A stretch of 64,000 bases of DNA, from NCBI GenBank assembly GCA_903926565.1, contig CAIYJU010000135.1:6751-70750 (forward strand), written 5' to 3'. Both the position numbers and the translations under genes were made by a program. The first letter of the stretch is position 1. The number at the start of each line of letters is the position of its first letter. This DNA comes from an uncultured Bacteroidales bacterium. Its GTDB lineage: Bacteria; Bacteroidota; Bacteroidia; Bacteroidales; FEN-979. Positions 42,669 through 52,386 of this stretch are shown in pieces. The notes beneath the pieces were generated by a model. That model did not search any database. It saw only the letters and a program-made list of their open reading frames with translations, and was not told the DNA's origin.

Positions 42669-45188
42669 ATGGTTAACCAACGACTGCTACTCCTGCTCCT
42701 TGCCCTTATCACTTCTATCAACTGCCATTCCCAGGACACCTATCTCGTCAGCGGAAGGGTCATTGATTCCAGAACGAAGGAATCGCTTGCCTTCGTCAAC
42801 ATCGTGATCAACAACAGCAACAGCAAAGGTGGCACCACCGACATCGACGGAAAATTCAACCTCCGGTCGCAACAGCCCATTCAAACCCTGAGGCTGAGTT
42901 ATGTGGGATATGAACCGATGACAGTTAACCCCGGCAACCGCACCAAAGACTTCATCATCCAAATGACACAAAAGGAGATCGACCTGAAGGAGGTTGAGAT
43001 CCTACCCGGCATCAACCCGGCGCATCGAATCATTCGTAATGTGCTGGACAACCGCGACATCAATGATCCTGAAAAAGTCAGCACCTTCTCATATACAGCG
43101 TATGATAAAACGGTTTTCACAGCGAACAATGACACCACCCTCAAAGGCGATTTTGCGGCACTTGTTGACACCTCCGTCATGCAGGGAAGCCAGGGCGTTG
43201 GAATTGGATTTTCCATAGAGGCCGACTCTGTTAAAATGGACACAACCCGGAAGGATTCTACAGACAAATTCGTCGAAAAGCTGATCAACAGCCAATATCT
43301 CTTCCTGATGGAAAATGTGACCAAACGGAAATTCATGGCGCCCGACAAGAACTACAACAAAGTGATGGCCACCAAGATGTCTGGATTTAAAGACCCGATC
43401 CTGGTATTCCTGTCCACGCAGATCCAGAGTTTTTCGTTCTACAAACCCATCATCTCCATCATGATGAAAGATTATGTAAATCCAATCGGGAGCGGGAGTT
43501 TCAGTAAATATTTCTTTAAAATCGAAGATACCACTTATGTTGGAAAGGATACCGTTTTCATTTTGTCGTTCCGACCCAGAAAAGGCACCAATTTCGACGG
43601 TATGAAAGGCGTCATTTCGATCAGCAGCCACAACTGGGGAATTCAGAATGTGACCGCCGAACCTTATCCTAATACGGGAGGATTTATGATCAGGATTCAC
43701 CAGTTGTATGAACTGATCGACGGAAAACAGTGGTTTCCCGTGCAACTCAACACTGATGTGGCATTTAACAACCTGCAAATCGGGAAATACAAGGCAGTCG
43801 GGAGCGGCCGAAGTTACATCCGCGACATTGTACTCAACCCGGAGCTTGTGCGTCGTGAATTCAGCCACCTGGATGTAGAGGTTGACAAAGACGCAACATC
43901 GAGAAGCGAATCATTCTGGAACCAGTACCGCATTGACACGCTCAGCAAAAAAGACCGCCAGACCTATAAAGTACTCGACAGCATTGGCAAGGCAGAGAAT
44001 TTCGACAAGATGGCCAAAGGACTTCAGACCCTGCTCACCGGCCGGATTCCCTGGGGGCCGATCGACATTGACATCAACCGGTTTATCAACTACAACACTT
44101 ATGAAGGATTGGTACTCGGAGCTGGCATTCACACAAACGACCGTCTGTCAGAATGGTTTAAAATAGGCGGCTTTTACCAGTATGCTTTTGGCGCCTCCAC
44201 CTCTAAATATGGCGGGGATGTGAGTTTCCTGGTTAGCCGGCGGCAGGACATAACCATCAATGCATCTGGCTTTTATGACCTGACCGAGTCGGGAGGTGTT
44301 AACTTTCCTGGCGACTATGAATCGATCCTTTCCGGCAACTTCAGACAACTCCTGCTCAAAAAACTCGACCGGACACGCAGCTACAACTTATCCATGGGAT
44401 TCAGGGCTTTTAAATATGTATTGTTCAATGTCGGAATCTCCAACAACTTCAAAAAAACATCAACTAATGACCTTACAACCATTGAAGGAAGTGACACGCT
44501 GATTCAGTCACAGTTCAATTTTACCACCATAACGGCAGGGTTCAAATGGGCCTATGGTGAGAAGTTCATTAAAACCATCAACAACAAGATCTCCCTGGGC
44601 ACAAAATATCCGGTTGTATGGGTTGAATATACACGGGGTATCAAGGATTTCCTCGGAGGCGAATATGACTATGACCGGTTCGACCTGAAGATACGCAAAA
44701 CATTCAATATAAAATACTTAGGGAAGCTGACCGTTCAACTTAATGGAGGTTATGTTGACCAGCCGATTCCGGTCTGCAATCTATATTATGCACCAGCCAG
44801 TTACCGCCAGTTCACACTCTATGCACCAAACAGCTTCGGCACCATGCGTATGAACGAATTTCTTTCGAATAAATATGCATCCCTTTATCTTTACCATGAT
44901 TTCGGGTACCTCCTTTTCAAGGGAAAGAAGTGGTTCCATCCCGAGTTCGCCCTGTCGCAGAACCTCGGCTTCGGCTGGCTCGATCATCCCGAACAATACA
45001 TCAATAACAACCTGAATCCGAAGGTGATGAACCTTGGATACTACGAGTCGGGTTTGCTGGTAAACAACCTGATCAACCTCAAGATTTACACCATCGGCAT
45101 TGGCGCTTTTTACCGCTGGGGACCTTACTCATTTGATAATGTCGGGGATAATTTCGCGTATAAGGTGTCGATGATCTTCCCGTTTTAA
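42669..45188 (+). CDS. carboxypeptidase-regulatory-like domain protein with large beta-rich C-terminal region (DUF5686-like)
   Basis: 839 aa. Signal peptide, then VSGRVIDSRTKESLAFVNIVINNS...TTDIDGKFNL (CarboxypepD_reg-like). The C-terminus ends in an aromatic residue, as in OM proteins. Confidence 0.72.
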   Translation: MVNQRLLLLLLALITSINCHSQDTYLVSGRVIDSRTKESLAFVNIVINNSNSKGGTTDIDGKFNLRSQQPIQTLRLSYVGYEPMTVNPGNRTKDFIIQMTQKEIDLKEVEILPGINPAHRIIRNVLDNRDINDPEKVSTFSYTAYDKTVFTANNDTTLKGDFAALVDTSVMQGSQGVGIGFSIEADSVKMDTTRKDSTDKFVEKLINSQYLFLMENVTKRKFMAPDKNYNKVMATKMSGFKDPILVFLSTQIQSFSFYKPIISIMMKDYVNPIGSGSFSKYFFKIEDTTYVGKDTVFILSFRPRKGTNFDGMKGVISISSHNWGIQNVTAEPYPNTGGFMIRIHQLYELIDGKQWFPVQLNTDVAFNNLQIGKYKAVGSGRSYIRDIVLNPELVRREFSHLDVEVDKDATSRSESFWNQYRIDTLSKKDRQTYKVLDSIGKAENFDKMAKGLQTLLTGRIPWGPIDIDINRFINYNTYEGLVLGAGIHTNDRLSEWFKIGGFYQYAFGASTSKYGGDVSFLVSRRQDITINASGFYDLTESGGVNFPGDYESILSGNFRQLLLKKLDRTRSYNLSMGFRAFKYVLFNVGISNNFKKTSTNDLTTIEGSDTLIQSQFNFTTITAGFKWAYGEKFIKTINNKISLGTKYPVVWVEYTRGIKDFLGGEYDYDRFDLKIRKTFNIKYLGKLTVQLNGGYVDQPIPVCNLYYAPASYRQFTLYAPNSFGTMRMNEFLSNKYASLYLYHDFGYLLFKGKKWFHPEFALSQNLGFGWLDHPEQYINNNLNPKVMNLGYYESGLLVNNLINLKIYTIGIGAFYRWGPYSFDNVGDNFAYKVSMIFPF

Positions 45189-45258
45189 TCCCATTTCCCT
45201 CACCTATTTAGACTGCCTCAAAATTACATTTCGGTATTAGAAGGTTTGATTATTTTTT

Positions 45259-45266
45259 TACATTTG
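45259..45266 (+). promoter_or_regulatory. candidate -7 box (TACATTTG) for the respiratory operon
   Basis: TAnnTTTG match 30 nt upstream of the ATG at 45296. Confidence 0.3.
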
Positions 45267-45295
45267 TGCTTATAAATTCCGACAAGTAAGTAAAT

Positions 45296-46267
45296 ATGGA
45301 AGACAGCAATACTCCTCATTCTCCTCATGATTCGGAGGATCAAAAAAACTCTACCCGAAGAAATTTTCTGAAGAATATCGGATTGGCCGGAGTTGGTGTG
45401 GCCACCGGTGCTGCGGCACTTTATTCGGGCCATATCTTTGAAGCAAAGAAAGAGGTTTCCGGAGACCAGAAGGTTCTGCTCACGCAGGACGGGAAACTGG
45501 TCCAGGTTGACTCGCTTGAGATCAAGGCGATGGAAAAAACAGGAACCTCGCTTCATGAGGTCGAGGGCCGCGAAGGAATTCCCGGTCGCCGCTTTGTGAT
45601 GGTAACGGATCTTTCGAAATGCCGTAATGCCCGCAAATGCATCAATTCCTGCCAGGATGCTCACCAGCTCCGCCCCGAACAGTATCACATGAATACCCTG
45701 CAGATGCAGGATACGCCGAATACTGCGCCCTACCACATGCCAAAAAACTGTCAGCATTGCGACAATCCGCCCTGCGTTTCGGTTTGCCCGGTTGATGCAA
45801 CATACAAACGACCCGATGGCATCGTTCTGATTGACAACGAACGTTGTATCGGTTGCCGCTTCTGCATGGCTGCCTGCCCCTATTCTGCGCGTATCTTCAA
45901 CTGGATTGAACCCAAAGATGCGGCCACTCATGAGGGTCAGAACTACAATGTAGAGCTGAATGTTCCGCAAAGAACGGGAACCATCTCCAAATGCCTCTTC
46001 AGCGCCGATCGTTTGCGCGAAGGCAAACTTCCCTATTGCGTGGAAGCCTGCCCGAACGGGGTCTATTATTTCGGAGATGAAAACGAAGATGCCGTAACCA
46101 ACGGCACCACCAAAGAGACAGTCAGGCTGAGCAAGCTTCTCCGCGACAATGGCGGATACCAGCTGATGCCTGAACTTGGCACCAAGCCAAGGGTTTATTA
46201 CCTTCCTCCGAAGAACCGGCTCTTTCCGTTTGAAGAAGCCACCGATGCAACACCCGAAAAAGTATGA
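45296..46267 (+). CDS. Tat-exported 4Fe-4S cluster protein (NrfC/DmsB/PsrB family)
   Basis: 323 aa. Twin-arginine leader TRRNFLKNIGLAGVGVA, and ferredoxin motifs CQHCDNPPCVSVCP, CIGCRFCMAACP and ...CVEACP. Confidence 0.88.
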   Translation: MEDSNTPHSPHDSEDQKNSTRRNFLKNIGLAGVGVATGAAALYSGHIFEAKKEVSGDQKVLLTQDGKLVQVDSLEIKAMEKTGTSLHEVEGREGIPGRRFVMVTDLSKCRNARKCINSCQDAHQLRPEQYHMNTLQMQDTPNTAPYHMPKNCQHCDNPPCVSVCPVDATYKRPDGIVLIDNERCIGCRFCMAACPYSARIFNWIEPKDAATHEGQNYNVELNVPQRTGTISKCLFSADRLREGKLPYCVEACPNGVYYFGDENEDAVTNGTTKETVRLSKLLRDNGGYQLMPELGTKPRVYYLPPKNRLFPFEEATDATPEKV

Positions 46268-47595
46268 TGACCATGGATGAAAACAAACTGACTTTCGACA
46301 AAATCACCGCCGATCTCACACACCATATCCGGATCAACAAAGGGTTCCTTCTCTGGATGGGTTTTCTCACAGTATCGCTGCTGGTATGCCTTTACGCCTA
46401 TTCATTGCAGCTCCGCAACGGACTGGGCGTGGCCGGCATCCGCGACTATGTTACCTGGGGCATGTACCTCGCAAACTTTGTCTTCTTTGTGGCAGCCAGC
46501 CTCATCGGGATGCTCATCAGCGCCGTGCTTGGACTGATCGGCATGAAATGGCTTACCCCGATCACCAGGATCGCAGAGACCATCGCCGTGGCTTTTGCAG
46601 CGGTTGCAGGACTGGTCATCGTTTCCGATATGGGACGCCCTGAAAGGCTCGCTTATGTATTTCTTTACGGCAGGCCGCAGTCACCCATTCTCTGGGATGT
46701 AACGGTAATTACGACTTATTTTGTCCTGAGCCTGTTGCTACTTTTCCTTCCATTGATCGCCGACATGGCCATCATTCACCGGAAAGTACCTACCCTGCCA
46801 TCCTGGCTAAAACCAGTTTACAAATTTTTGTCGCTTAACTTTACCAATCACCCTGAACAAAACAAGATCATCAACCGCTCCATCCGTATCCTGCTCATCC
46901 TCCTCATCCCGGCGGCATTGTCGATCCACACGGTCACCTCCTGGCTGTTTGCCGTCACTTCAAGGGCAGGCTGGGACAGTACTGTTTTCGGCCCCTATTT
47001 CGTTTCAGGCGCCTTTGTTGCCGGTTCAGCAGCCGTGATCATTGCCATGTTCTTCTTCCGTAAAAATTACAAACTGGAGAATTACCTTACAGACATGCAT
47101 TTCAACAACATGGGAAAGGTGCTGGCAACTGTTTCACTGGTCTATCTCTATTTTAACATCAATGAATTCCTTGTTCCAGGCTACAAATTGAAACATGCCG
47201 ATGCCATTCACCTGCAGGAGCTGTTTGCCGGAAAAGACGCAATACTCTTTTGGATCGTGCAACTCGGCGGATTGATCATCCCCATTCTTTTCTTACTGTT
47301 CCGGCGTTTCAGAAATCCCATGCCACTCATGCTGATCTCGGCTGCCGTGATGATTGCAGCATGGTTCAAACGATACCTCATCGTTGTTCCCACACAGGAA
47401 CATCCGTTTCTGCCAATCCAGCATGTGCCGCAAAACTTTGTGCATTACACACCCACACTGATTGAGACCCTCATTACCATTGCCCCATTCATCCTGGTAC
47501 TCATCATCATCACGCTGATCTCCAAGTTTTTCCCGGTTATCCCGCTGCATGAAACTGCGGTGGAAAAAGGAGTGGACCATGTCAAATTTGATTAA
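46264..47595 (+). CDS. NrfD/PsrC-family polytopic quinol-interacting membrane subunit
   Basis: 443 aa with many TM helices. 4-nt overlap with the FeS gene. This is the typical NrfC-NrfD gene order. Confidence 0.82.
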   Translation: MMTMDENKLTFDKITADLTHHIRINKGFLLWMGFLTVSLLVCLYAYSLQLRNGLGVAGIRDYVTWGMYLANFVFFVAASLIGMLISAVLGLIGMKWLTPITRIAETIAVAFAAVAGLVIVSDMGRPERLAYVFLYGRPQSPILWDVTVITTYFVLSLLLLFLPLIADMAIIHRKVPTLPSWLKPVYKFLSLNFTNHPEQNKIINRSIRILLILLIPAALSIHTVTSWLFAVTSRAGWDSTVFGPYFVSGAFVAGSAAVIIAMFFFRKNYKLENYLTDMHFNNMGKVLATVSLVYLYFNINEFLVPGYKLKHADAIHLQELFAGKDAILFWIVQLGGLIIPILFLLFRRFRNPMPLMLISAAVMIAAWFKRYLIVVPTQEHPFLPIQHVPQNFVHYTPTLIETLITIAPFILVLIIITLISKFFPVIPLHETAVEKGVDHVKFD

Positions 47596-47616
47596 TCAAG
47601 AAATAATCAGGATACT

Positions 47617-48516
47617 ATGCGCTTCAATAAACTACTTTTAATCTTCTTCATTTTCTCAGTCGGAACAAGGGTTTCAGCTCAAACCTGGGTTGTTCCCGAC
47701 GACCAAAAAGGGGTGGTGGCATCTTTTAAATTCACACCCGACATGCAGAAGCAGGGAGAACAGATCTATGTGAAAAACTGCCAGTCGTGCCATGGTCAGA
47801 TGGGAAAAGACAATTGGGCAAAACTCACACCCCCACCGGGCGATTTGTCGAAGGAGAAAGCCCAGGTTCAAACAGATGGCGAACTCTTTTACCGCATCAC
47901 CGCGGGAAAGGTGCCTATGCCGGAATTCCGCAACATACTGGCGGAAGATGACCGCTGGTGGGTGATTGCATACATCCGCTCCTTCAACCCGAAATATGTT
48001 CAGCCAAATCCGGTTGCCAAAGCTGCGTTTACCGGCAGGATTGTCACCCTCGCCATGCAATACAGCGACCCGATGAAAAAGATCGTCGTTTCGGCAACCG
48101 AACAATTGAAAGAAGGGCAAACCGGTCCTGCTGCCGGTGTTGAGGTCATGCTGTACGTGAAACGCTATTTTGGCAGCATGCAGGTCGGAGATATCAAAAC
48201 GACCAATGCCAAAGGAGAGGTGATGTTCGAATTTCCTGCCGACCTGCCCGGGAATAAAGATGGATTTGTAGAGGTTACGGCAAGGGTCAACGACCCGAAA
48301 AGTGTCATGAAAACCACGCCGGCAAATGCTGCACTGGCGATTGGCGCAAAAACCGATAAACCCAGTCTTACCGACACCCGGGCATGGTGGTCGGTGCGTT
48401 CGCAGGCGCCAATCTGGATTCTGCTAACCTATACCTTATCTGTGATCATTGTGTGGGGATTCATTCTCTATATCGTTTATTCGATTATGAAGATCAGGAA
48501 GCTGAGCAAAGGGTAG
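47617..48516 (+). CDS. membrane-anchored monohaem cytochrome c
   Basis: 299 aa. Signal peptide, a single CQSCH haem-binding motif with a downstream Met (VPMPEF), and a C-terminal TM helix. Confidence 0.8.
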   Translation: MRFNKLLLIFFIFSVGTRVSAQTWVVPDDQKGVVASFKFTPDMQKQGEQIYVKNCQSCHGQMGKDNWAKLTPPPGDLSKEKAQVQTDGELFYRITAGKVPMPEFRNILAEDDRWWVIAYIRSFNPKYVQPNPVAKAAFTGRIVTLAMQYSDPMKKIVVSATEQLKEGQTGPAAGVEVMLYVKRYFGSMQVGDIKTTNAKGEVMFEFPADLPGNKDGFVEVTARVNDPKSVMKTTPANAALAIGAKTDKPSLTDTRAWWSVRSQAPIWILLTYTLSVIIVWGFILYIVYSIMKIRKLSKG

Positions 48517-48565
48517 ATTGAATTGACGATTATAGGATTGACGATTGAGGGATTTTAAATAATGG
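48517..48565. repeat. two ATTGACGATT boxes 15 bp apart (reverse orientation of the AATCGTCAAT box)
   Basis: attgacgatt occurs at 48522-48531 and 48537-48546, between the cytochrome c stop and the doxX start. Confidence 0.7.
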
Positions 48566-48585
48566 TTGGGTTTTAATAAAGTCGA

Positions 48586-48957
48586 ATGAAACAATTATCA
48601 ACTATCGGAAGGATACTTTTTGCACTGCCTTTTGGCATCATGGGGCTGAACCATTTCTTCATGTACAATTACTACGTCGGGATGGTCAGCTCGTTTATTC
48701 CGGGTGGCGGATTCACCGTGATCATCACCGGGCTTGCGCTGGTGGCAGCATGCATCGCCATCATTTCGAAAAAACTCATTCAGATTGCATGTCTACTGCT
48801 TGCCCTGCTCCTGCTGATTTTCATTTGTACCATTCACATTCCCGGACTGTTTGAACCGGCCACTGCAAACATGGCCCTGATCGAATTGCTGAAAGATACT
48901 GCATTGTTGGGCGGGTCGCTGATGATAGCTGGGATATATAAGGAGGAAACTATTTAA
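48586..48957 (+). CDS. DoxX-family membrane protein
   Basis: 123 aa with four hydrophobic helices. GRILFALPFGIMGLNHF is a DoxX-like N-terminus. Confidence 0.65.
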   Translation: MKQLSTIGRILFALPFGIMGLNHFFMYNYYVGMVSSFIPGGGFTVIITGLALVAACIAIISKKLIQIACLLLALLLLIFICTIHIPGLFEPATANMALIELLKDTALLGGSLMIAGIYKEETI

Positions 48958-49033
48958 TTGAATAACTATAAATGGAAAGTGCAAACAAGATAAATTTGGA
49001 CTAAAGTCCTGCAAGCGGGTTGCCATTAGTTAA

Positions 49034-49053
49034 CCACGGCCTGAAGGCCGTGG
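49034..49053. repeat. perfect 8-bp-stem TGAA-loop hairpin
   Basis: ccacggcc-tgaa-ggccgtgg. Its right arm runs into the first unit of the 15-bp tandem array. Confidence 0.85.
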
Positions 49054-49139
49054 CAATTCAAAGCGTGGCAATTCAAAGCGTGGCAATTCAAAGCGGGGCA
49101 ATTCAAAGCGTGGCAATTCAAAGCGGGGCAATTCAAAAC
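49050..49139. repeat. 15-bp tandem repeat x6 (gtggcaattcaaagc)
   Basis: Six head-to-tail units: four are gtggcaattcaaagc, one is ggggcaattcaaagc and the last is ggggcaattcaaaac. Intergenic, between doxX and the SCO1 gene. Confidence 0.95.
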
Positions 49140-49145
49140 GATCAA

Positions 49146-49170
49146 TTGGCTTTAGCCAAATTTTTTATTA
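49146..49170 (+). terminator. weak terminator-like hairpin plus T-tract
   Basis: ttggc-ttta-gccaa followed by attttttatt. The stem is short (5 bp). Confidence 0.25.
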
Positions 49171-49225
49171 AGAAATTCATTTTTAACCATGAAGCAACAA
49201 ATACACTAAATCCAAACCAACAATC

Positions 49226-50014
49226 ATGAAAAATCGATTTTTCGGTTTCAGTATTTTCTTTTTCTTTTGTTTGGGATTTGGCTCATTGCAGGCAATTTCC
49301 CAGGTAGAGGGACTTGCAGAAGAGGTTGGTATCGTTGAACATCTCGACACAATTATTCCTGCAAACCTGACCTTTAACAATGAGCAGGGTCAGCCTGTTC
49401 AGTTGAAATCGCTCATTACAAGGCCCACCATCCTTTCGCTGGTTTACTATGATTGCCCGGGAATATGCCCGCAATTACTGTCCGGAATTTCTGATGTCAT
49501 TGAAAAATCAGGACTGGAGCTGGGCAAGGATTACCAGGTAATCACCGTAAGCTTCAATTATGATGATACACCTGAAGCTTCTGTTGAAAAAAAGAAGAAC
49601 TTTTTACGTGCGCACAGCAAGCCACGGGCCGACCATTGGACCTATCTTACAGGCGACAGCGCCAACATCTATGCGTTAACCCATACGGTTGGCTATAATT
49701 TCACACGCGCCGGCAATGATTTCATGCATCCCTCCTGCATCATGGTCCTCAGCCCGGAAGGCAAGGTTACACGTTATCTGTATGGAACATCCTACCTCCC
49801 TTTTGACGTAAAAATGGCGCTTGTCGAAGCTCAGAAAGGACAGTCGAGGCCTACCATCAACCGCGTACTTGAATATTGCTTTACGTATGACCCTGAAGGC
49901 AGAAAATACACGTTGCAGGTGACGAAAATCGCCGCCACCATCATCATTTTCTTTGCGATTGCTTTATTTATCACATTACTTGTCCGATCATCCCGAAAAA
50001 AATCGAAAACATAA
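49226..50014 (+). CDS. SCO1/SenC-family copper chaperone
   Basis: 262 aa. Thioredoxin-fold CxxxC (YYDCPGICPQL), a conserved His further on, and a C-terminal TM segment. Confidence 0.85.
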   Translation: MKNRFFGFSIFFFFCLGFGSLQAISQVEGLAEEVGIVEHLDTIIPANLTFNNEQGQPVQLKSLITRPTILSLVYYDCPGICPQLLSGISDVIEKSGLELGKDYQVITVSFNYDDTPEASVEKKKNFLRAHSKPRADHWTYLTGDSANIYALTHTVGYNFTRAGNDFMHPSCIMVLSPEGKVTRYLYGTSYLPFDVKMALVEAQKGQSRPTINRVLEYCFTYDPEGRKYTLQVTKIAATIIIFFAIALFITLLVRSSRKKSKT

Positions 50015-50023
50015 ATTCATAAT

Positions 50024-51634
50024 ATGACTGAACAAACGACTCATCACCCTGAGCCAAGTTACCTGGTTGATACCGGCAAATACAAAGGCCTGATGGCCTG
50101 GCTCACATCAACCGACCACAAGCGGATCGGCTTGATGTATATGTATGCCATGATGGTCTTTTTCGCCGTAGGGGTGCTCCTTGGTGTAGTGATGCGCATG
50201 GAACTGTTCTGGCCGGGACAGCAATTTTACGGACCACAGATGTACAACGGGATATTCACCATTCATGGCATCATCATGATCTTTACAGTGGTGATTCCCG
50301 GGCTGGCCGCGGTATTTGGCAACTTCTCAATGCCCATCATGATTGGCGCCAAGGATGTCGCATTTCCAAGGTTAAACCTGTTCTCCTTTTATCTTTATGT
50401 GCTGGGTGCTGCCATTGCACTTTCTTCACAGTTTATGGGGAATGGCCCTCCTGATACAGGATGGACGTTTTATGCACCTTACAGCATTCAAACCCATACC
50501 AATGTGGTGGCAGCAGTCTTTGGTGCGTTTGTGCTGGGATTTTCGTCCATCCTCACCGGATTGAACTTCATCGTGACCATGCATCGCATGCGTGCACCCG
50601 GCATGACATTTTTCAAGATGCCACTCTTTCCATGGTCGCTTTATGCAACTGCATGGATACAGGTTCTTGCCACACCGATCGTTGGAATTACGCTGCTGAT
50701 GATCATCGCAGAGCGTTGGCTGCGCATCGGCTTCTTCGATCCATCCCTGGGAGGCGACCCCGTACTCTACCAGCACCTTTTCTGGATCTATTCCCACCCG
50801 GCCGTTTATATCATGATCCTGCCGGCCATGGGCGTGATCACTGAAATCATTCCTACCTTCGCGCAAAAGAAGGTTTTCGGATACAAGGCCATCGCCATAT
50901 CCAGTCTGGCCATCGCGCTGGTCGGATATTTCGTGTGGGCCCATCACATGTACACCTCCGGTATGAGTACTACGGCCCGGTGGGTCTTCTCCCTGCTAAC
51001 CTTCCTGGTTGCCGTTCCAAGCGCCATCAAGGTGTTTAACTGGGTTACCACCATGTATAAAGGCTCCATCTCCATGAAACCGCCGATGCTGTTCGCCATC
51101 GGGTTCATCTTCCTGTTCATGATTGGCGGGATGACCGGACTCTCATTGGGTGCACTCGCCACCAATGTGCATGTGCATGACACTGCATATGTTGTTGCCC
51201 ATTTCCACTACATTGTTTTCGGCGGTGTGGGTTTTGCGTTCTTTGCTGCGATATATTACTGGTATCCAAAGATGTATGGGCGTATGTATAACTTTAAAAT
51301 GGCCAACTGGTCATTCGTCTTTCTTTTCAGTGGATTCAACCTGCTCTACTTCCCTCAATTTATCATCGGAATGATGGGCATGCCCCGCAGATATTTTGAT
51401 TACCTGCCACAGTTTACCTTTGGGCATCAGCTCTCCTTCTTCGGAGGGATCCTGCTGGTTATTGGCTTCATCATCATGCTGATCACCCTGTTCAGTAAAA
51501 AAGGCGCAAAAGCTCCCGATAATCCCTGGGGCGGAAGAACATTTGAGTGGCGGATAGCCTCCCCTCCTACCCTGGAGAATTTTGAGGTGATGCCCGAGAT
51601 GGGACCAGATGAGCAGCCTTATGATTACAAATAG
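50024..51634 (+). CDS. ctaD: cytochrome c oxidase subunit I (haem-copper oxidase)
   Basis: 536 aa. GIFTIHGIIMIF, WAHHMYTSGM, HDTAYVVAHFHYIVFGG. Confidence 0.97.
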   Translation: MTEQTTHHPEPSYLVDTGKYKGLMAWLTSTDHKRIGLMYMYAMMVFFAVGVLLGVVMRMELFWPGQQFYGPQMYNGIFTIHGIIMIFTVVIPGLAAVFGNFSMPIMIGAKDVAFPRLNLFSFYLYVLGAAIALSSQFMGNGPPDTGWTFYAPYSIQTHTNVVAAVFGAFVLGFSSILTGLNFIVTMHRMRAPGMTFFKMPLFPWSLYATAWIQVLATPIVGITLLMIIAERWLRIGFFDPSLGGDPVLYQHLFWIYSHPAVYIMILPAMGVITEIIPTFAQKKVFGYKAIAISSLAIALVGYFVWAHHMYTSGMSTTARWVFSLLTFLVAVPSAIKVFNWVTTMYKGSISMKPPMLFAIGFIFLFMIGGMTGLSLGALATNVHVHDTAYVVAHFHYIVFGGVGFAFFAAIYYWYPKMYGRMYNFKMANWSFVFLFSGFNLLYFPQFIIGMMGMPRRYFDYLPQFTFGHQLSFFGGILLVIGFIIMLITLFSKKGAKAPDNPWGGRTFEWRIASPPTLENFEVMPEMGPDEQPYDYK

Positions 51635-51670
51635 TCAGACAGGCTGACATGCAGGAGGATGAATAACAAG

Positions 51671-51705
51671 AAATCGTAAATCGTAAATCGTTTAATCGTA
51701 AATTG
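51671..51705. repeat. TCGTAAAT box cluster upstream of the oxidase subunit III start
   Basis: TCGTAAAT at 51674, 51681 and 51696, plus a degenerate copy at 51688. The cluster ends 7 nt before the ATG. Confidence 0.8.
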
Positions 51706-51709
51706 AAAC

Positions 51710-52303
51710 ATGGAACATCGCGACGACATTGGTGCAAAATTGGGTATGTGGATCTTTATTTTCACGGAGATCCTGCTTTTTGGCGGGTTATTTCTGGTAT
51801 ATGCCATCATGCGCAGCAACTATTCCACGGAATTCCACCAGGCAGCACACCACCTCAATGCATTCATCGGTACCATCAACACAATTGTTTTGCTGGCAAG
51901 TAGTGCAACAGTGGCAATGTCGATTACTGCCGTGCAAAAAGGAAACAACAAACTGGCAGTGATCCTGTTGTTCTTCACCCTGCTTTGTGCCGCGGCATTC
52001 ATGGTTAACAAGTATTTTGAGTGGGGGCACAAGATCCACATCGGCCTTTACCCCGGTTCCGACCTGATGGTTTCACTGAGCCACGGCCAGGTGATGTTTT
52101 TCAGCCTCTATTATTTCATGACAGGGTTGCACATGTTCCACCTTGTTGTTGGCGGGATCATTTTAACAATCGTAATGATCAAAGTGCAGAAAGGCACGAT
52201 TAATGCCGGCCGGTTTGTCCTGCTCGAAAATGGCGGTCTCTACTGGCATCTGGTCGATTTGATCTGGATATTTTTGTTCCCGTTGCTGTACCTTATAACT
52301 TAA
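51710..52303 (+). CDS. ctaE: cytochrome c oxidase subunit III
   Basis: 197 aa. GMWIFIFTEILLFGGLF and YWHLVDLIWIFLFPLLY motifs. Confidence 0.9.
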   Translation: MEHRDDIGAKLGMWIFIFTEILLFGGLFLVYAIMRSNYSTEFHQAAHHLNAFIGTINTIVLLASSATVAMSITAVQKGNNKLAVILLFFTLLCAAAFMVNKYFEWGHKIHIGLYPGSDLMVSLSHGQVMFFSLYYFMTGLHMFHLVVGGIILTIVMIKVQKGTINAGRFVLLENGGLYWHLVDLIWIFLFPLLYLIT

Positions 52304-52304
52304 A

Positions 52305-52380
52305 CTGGTGAACAGGTAAACAGGTGAACAGGTTAGCAGAGCCTGAAATCGTAAATCGTAAATCAATAAATCGTAAATTA
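52305..52380. repeat. composite intergenic element: 8-bp tandem (gtRaacRg x3-4) + gttagcagagcc + TCGTAAAT boxes
   Basis: gtgaacag gtaaacag gtgaacag gttagcag agcc tgaaa, then TCGTAAAT at 52349, 52356 and 52371. Confidence 0.85.
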
Positions 52381-52386
52381 TAAAAT

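Noticed and set aside
45224-45970. 248-aa minus-strand ORF
   Set aside because: It is antisense to the NrfC-like FeS gene, whose Tat signal and Cys motifs are unambiguous. This is a shadow ORF.
49050-49139. Possible CRISPR array
   Set aside because: The units are only 15 bp and directly abutting, with no spacers, and no cas genes are nearby. This is a plain tandem repeat.
49020-49229. 69-aa plus-strand ORF (MPLVNHGLKAVAIQSVAIQS...)
   Set aside because: It is simply the translation of the hairpin plus the 15-bp tandem repeat array. There is no coding signal.
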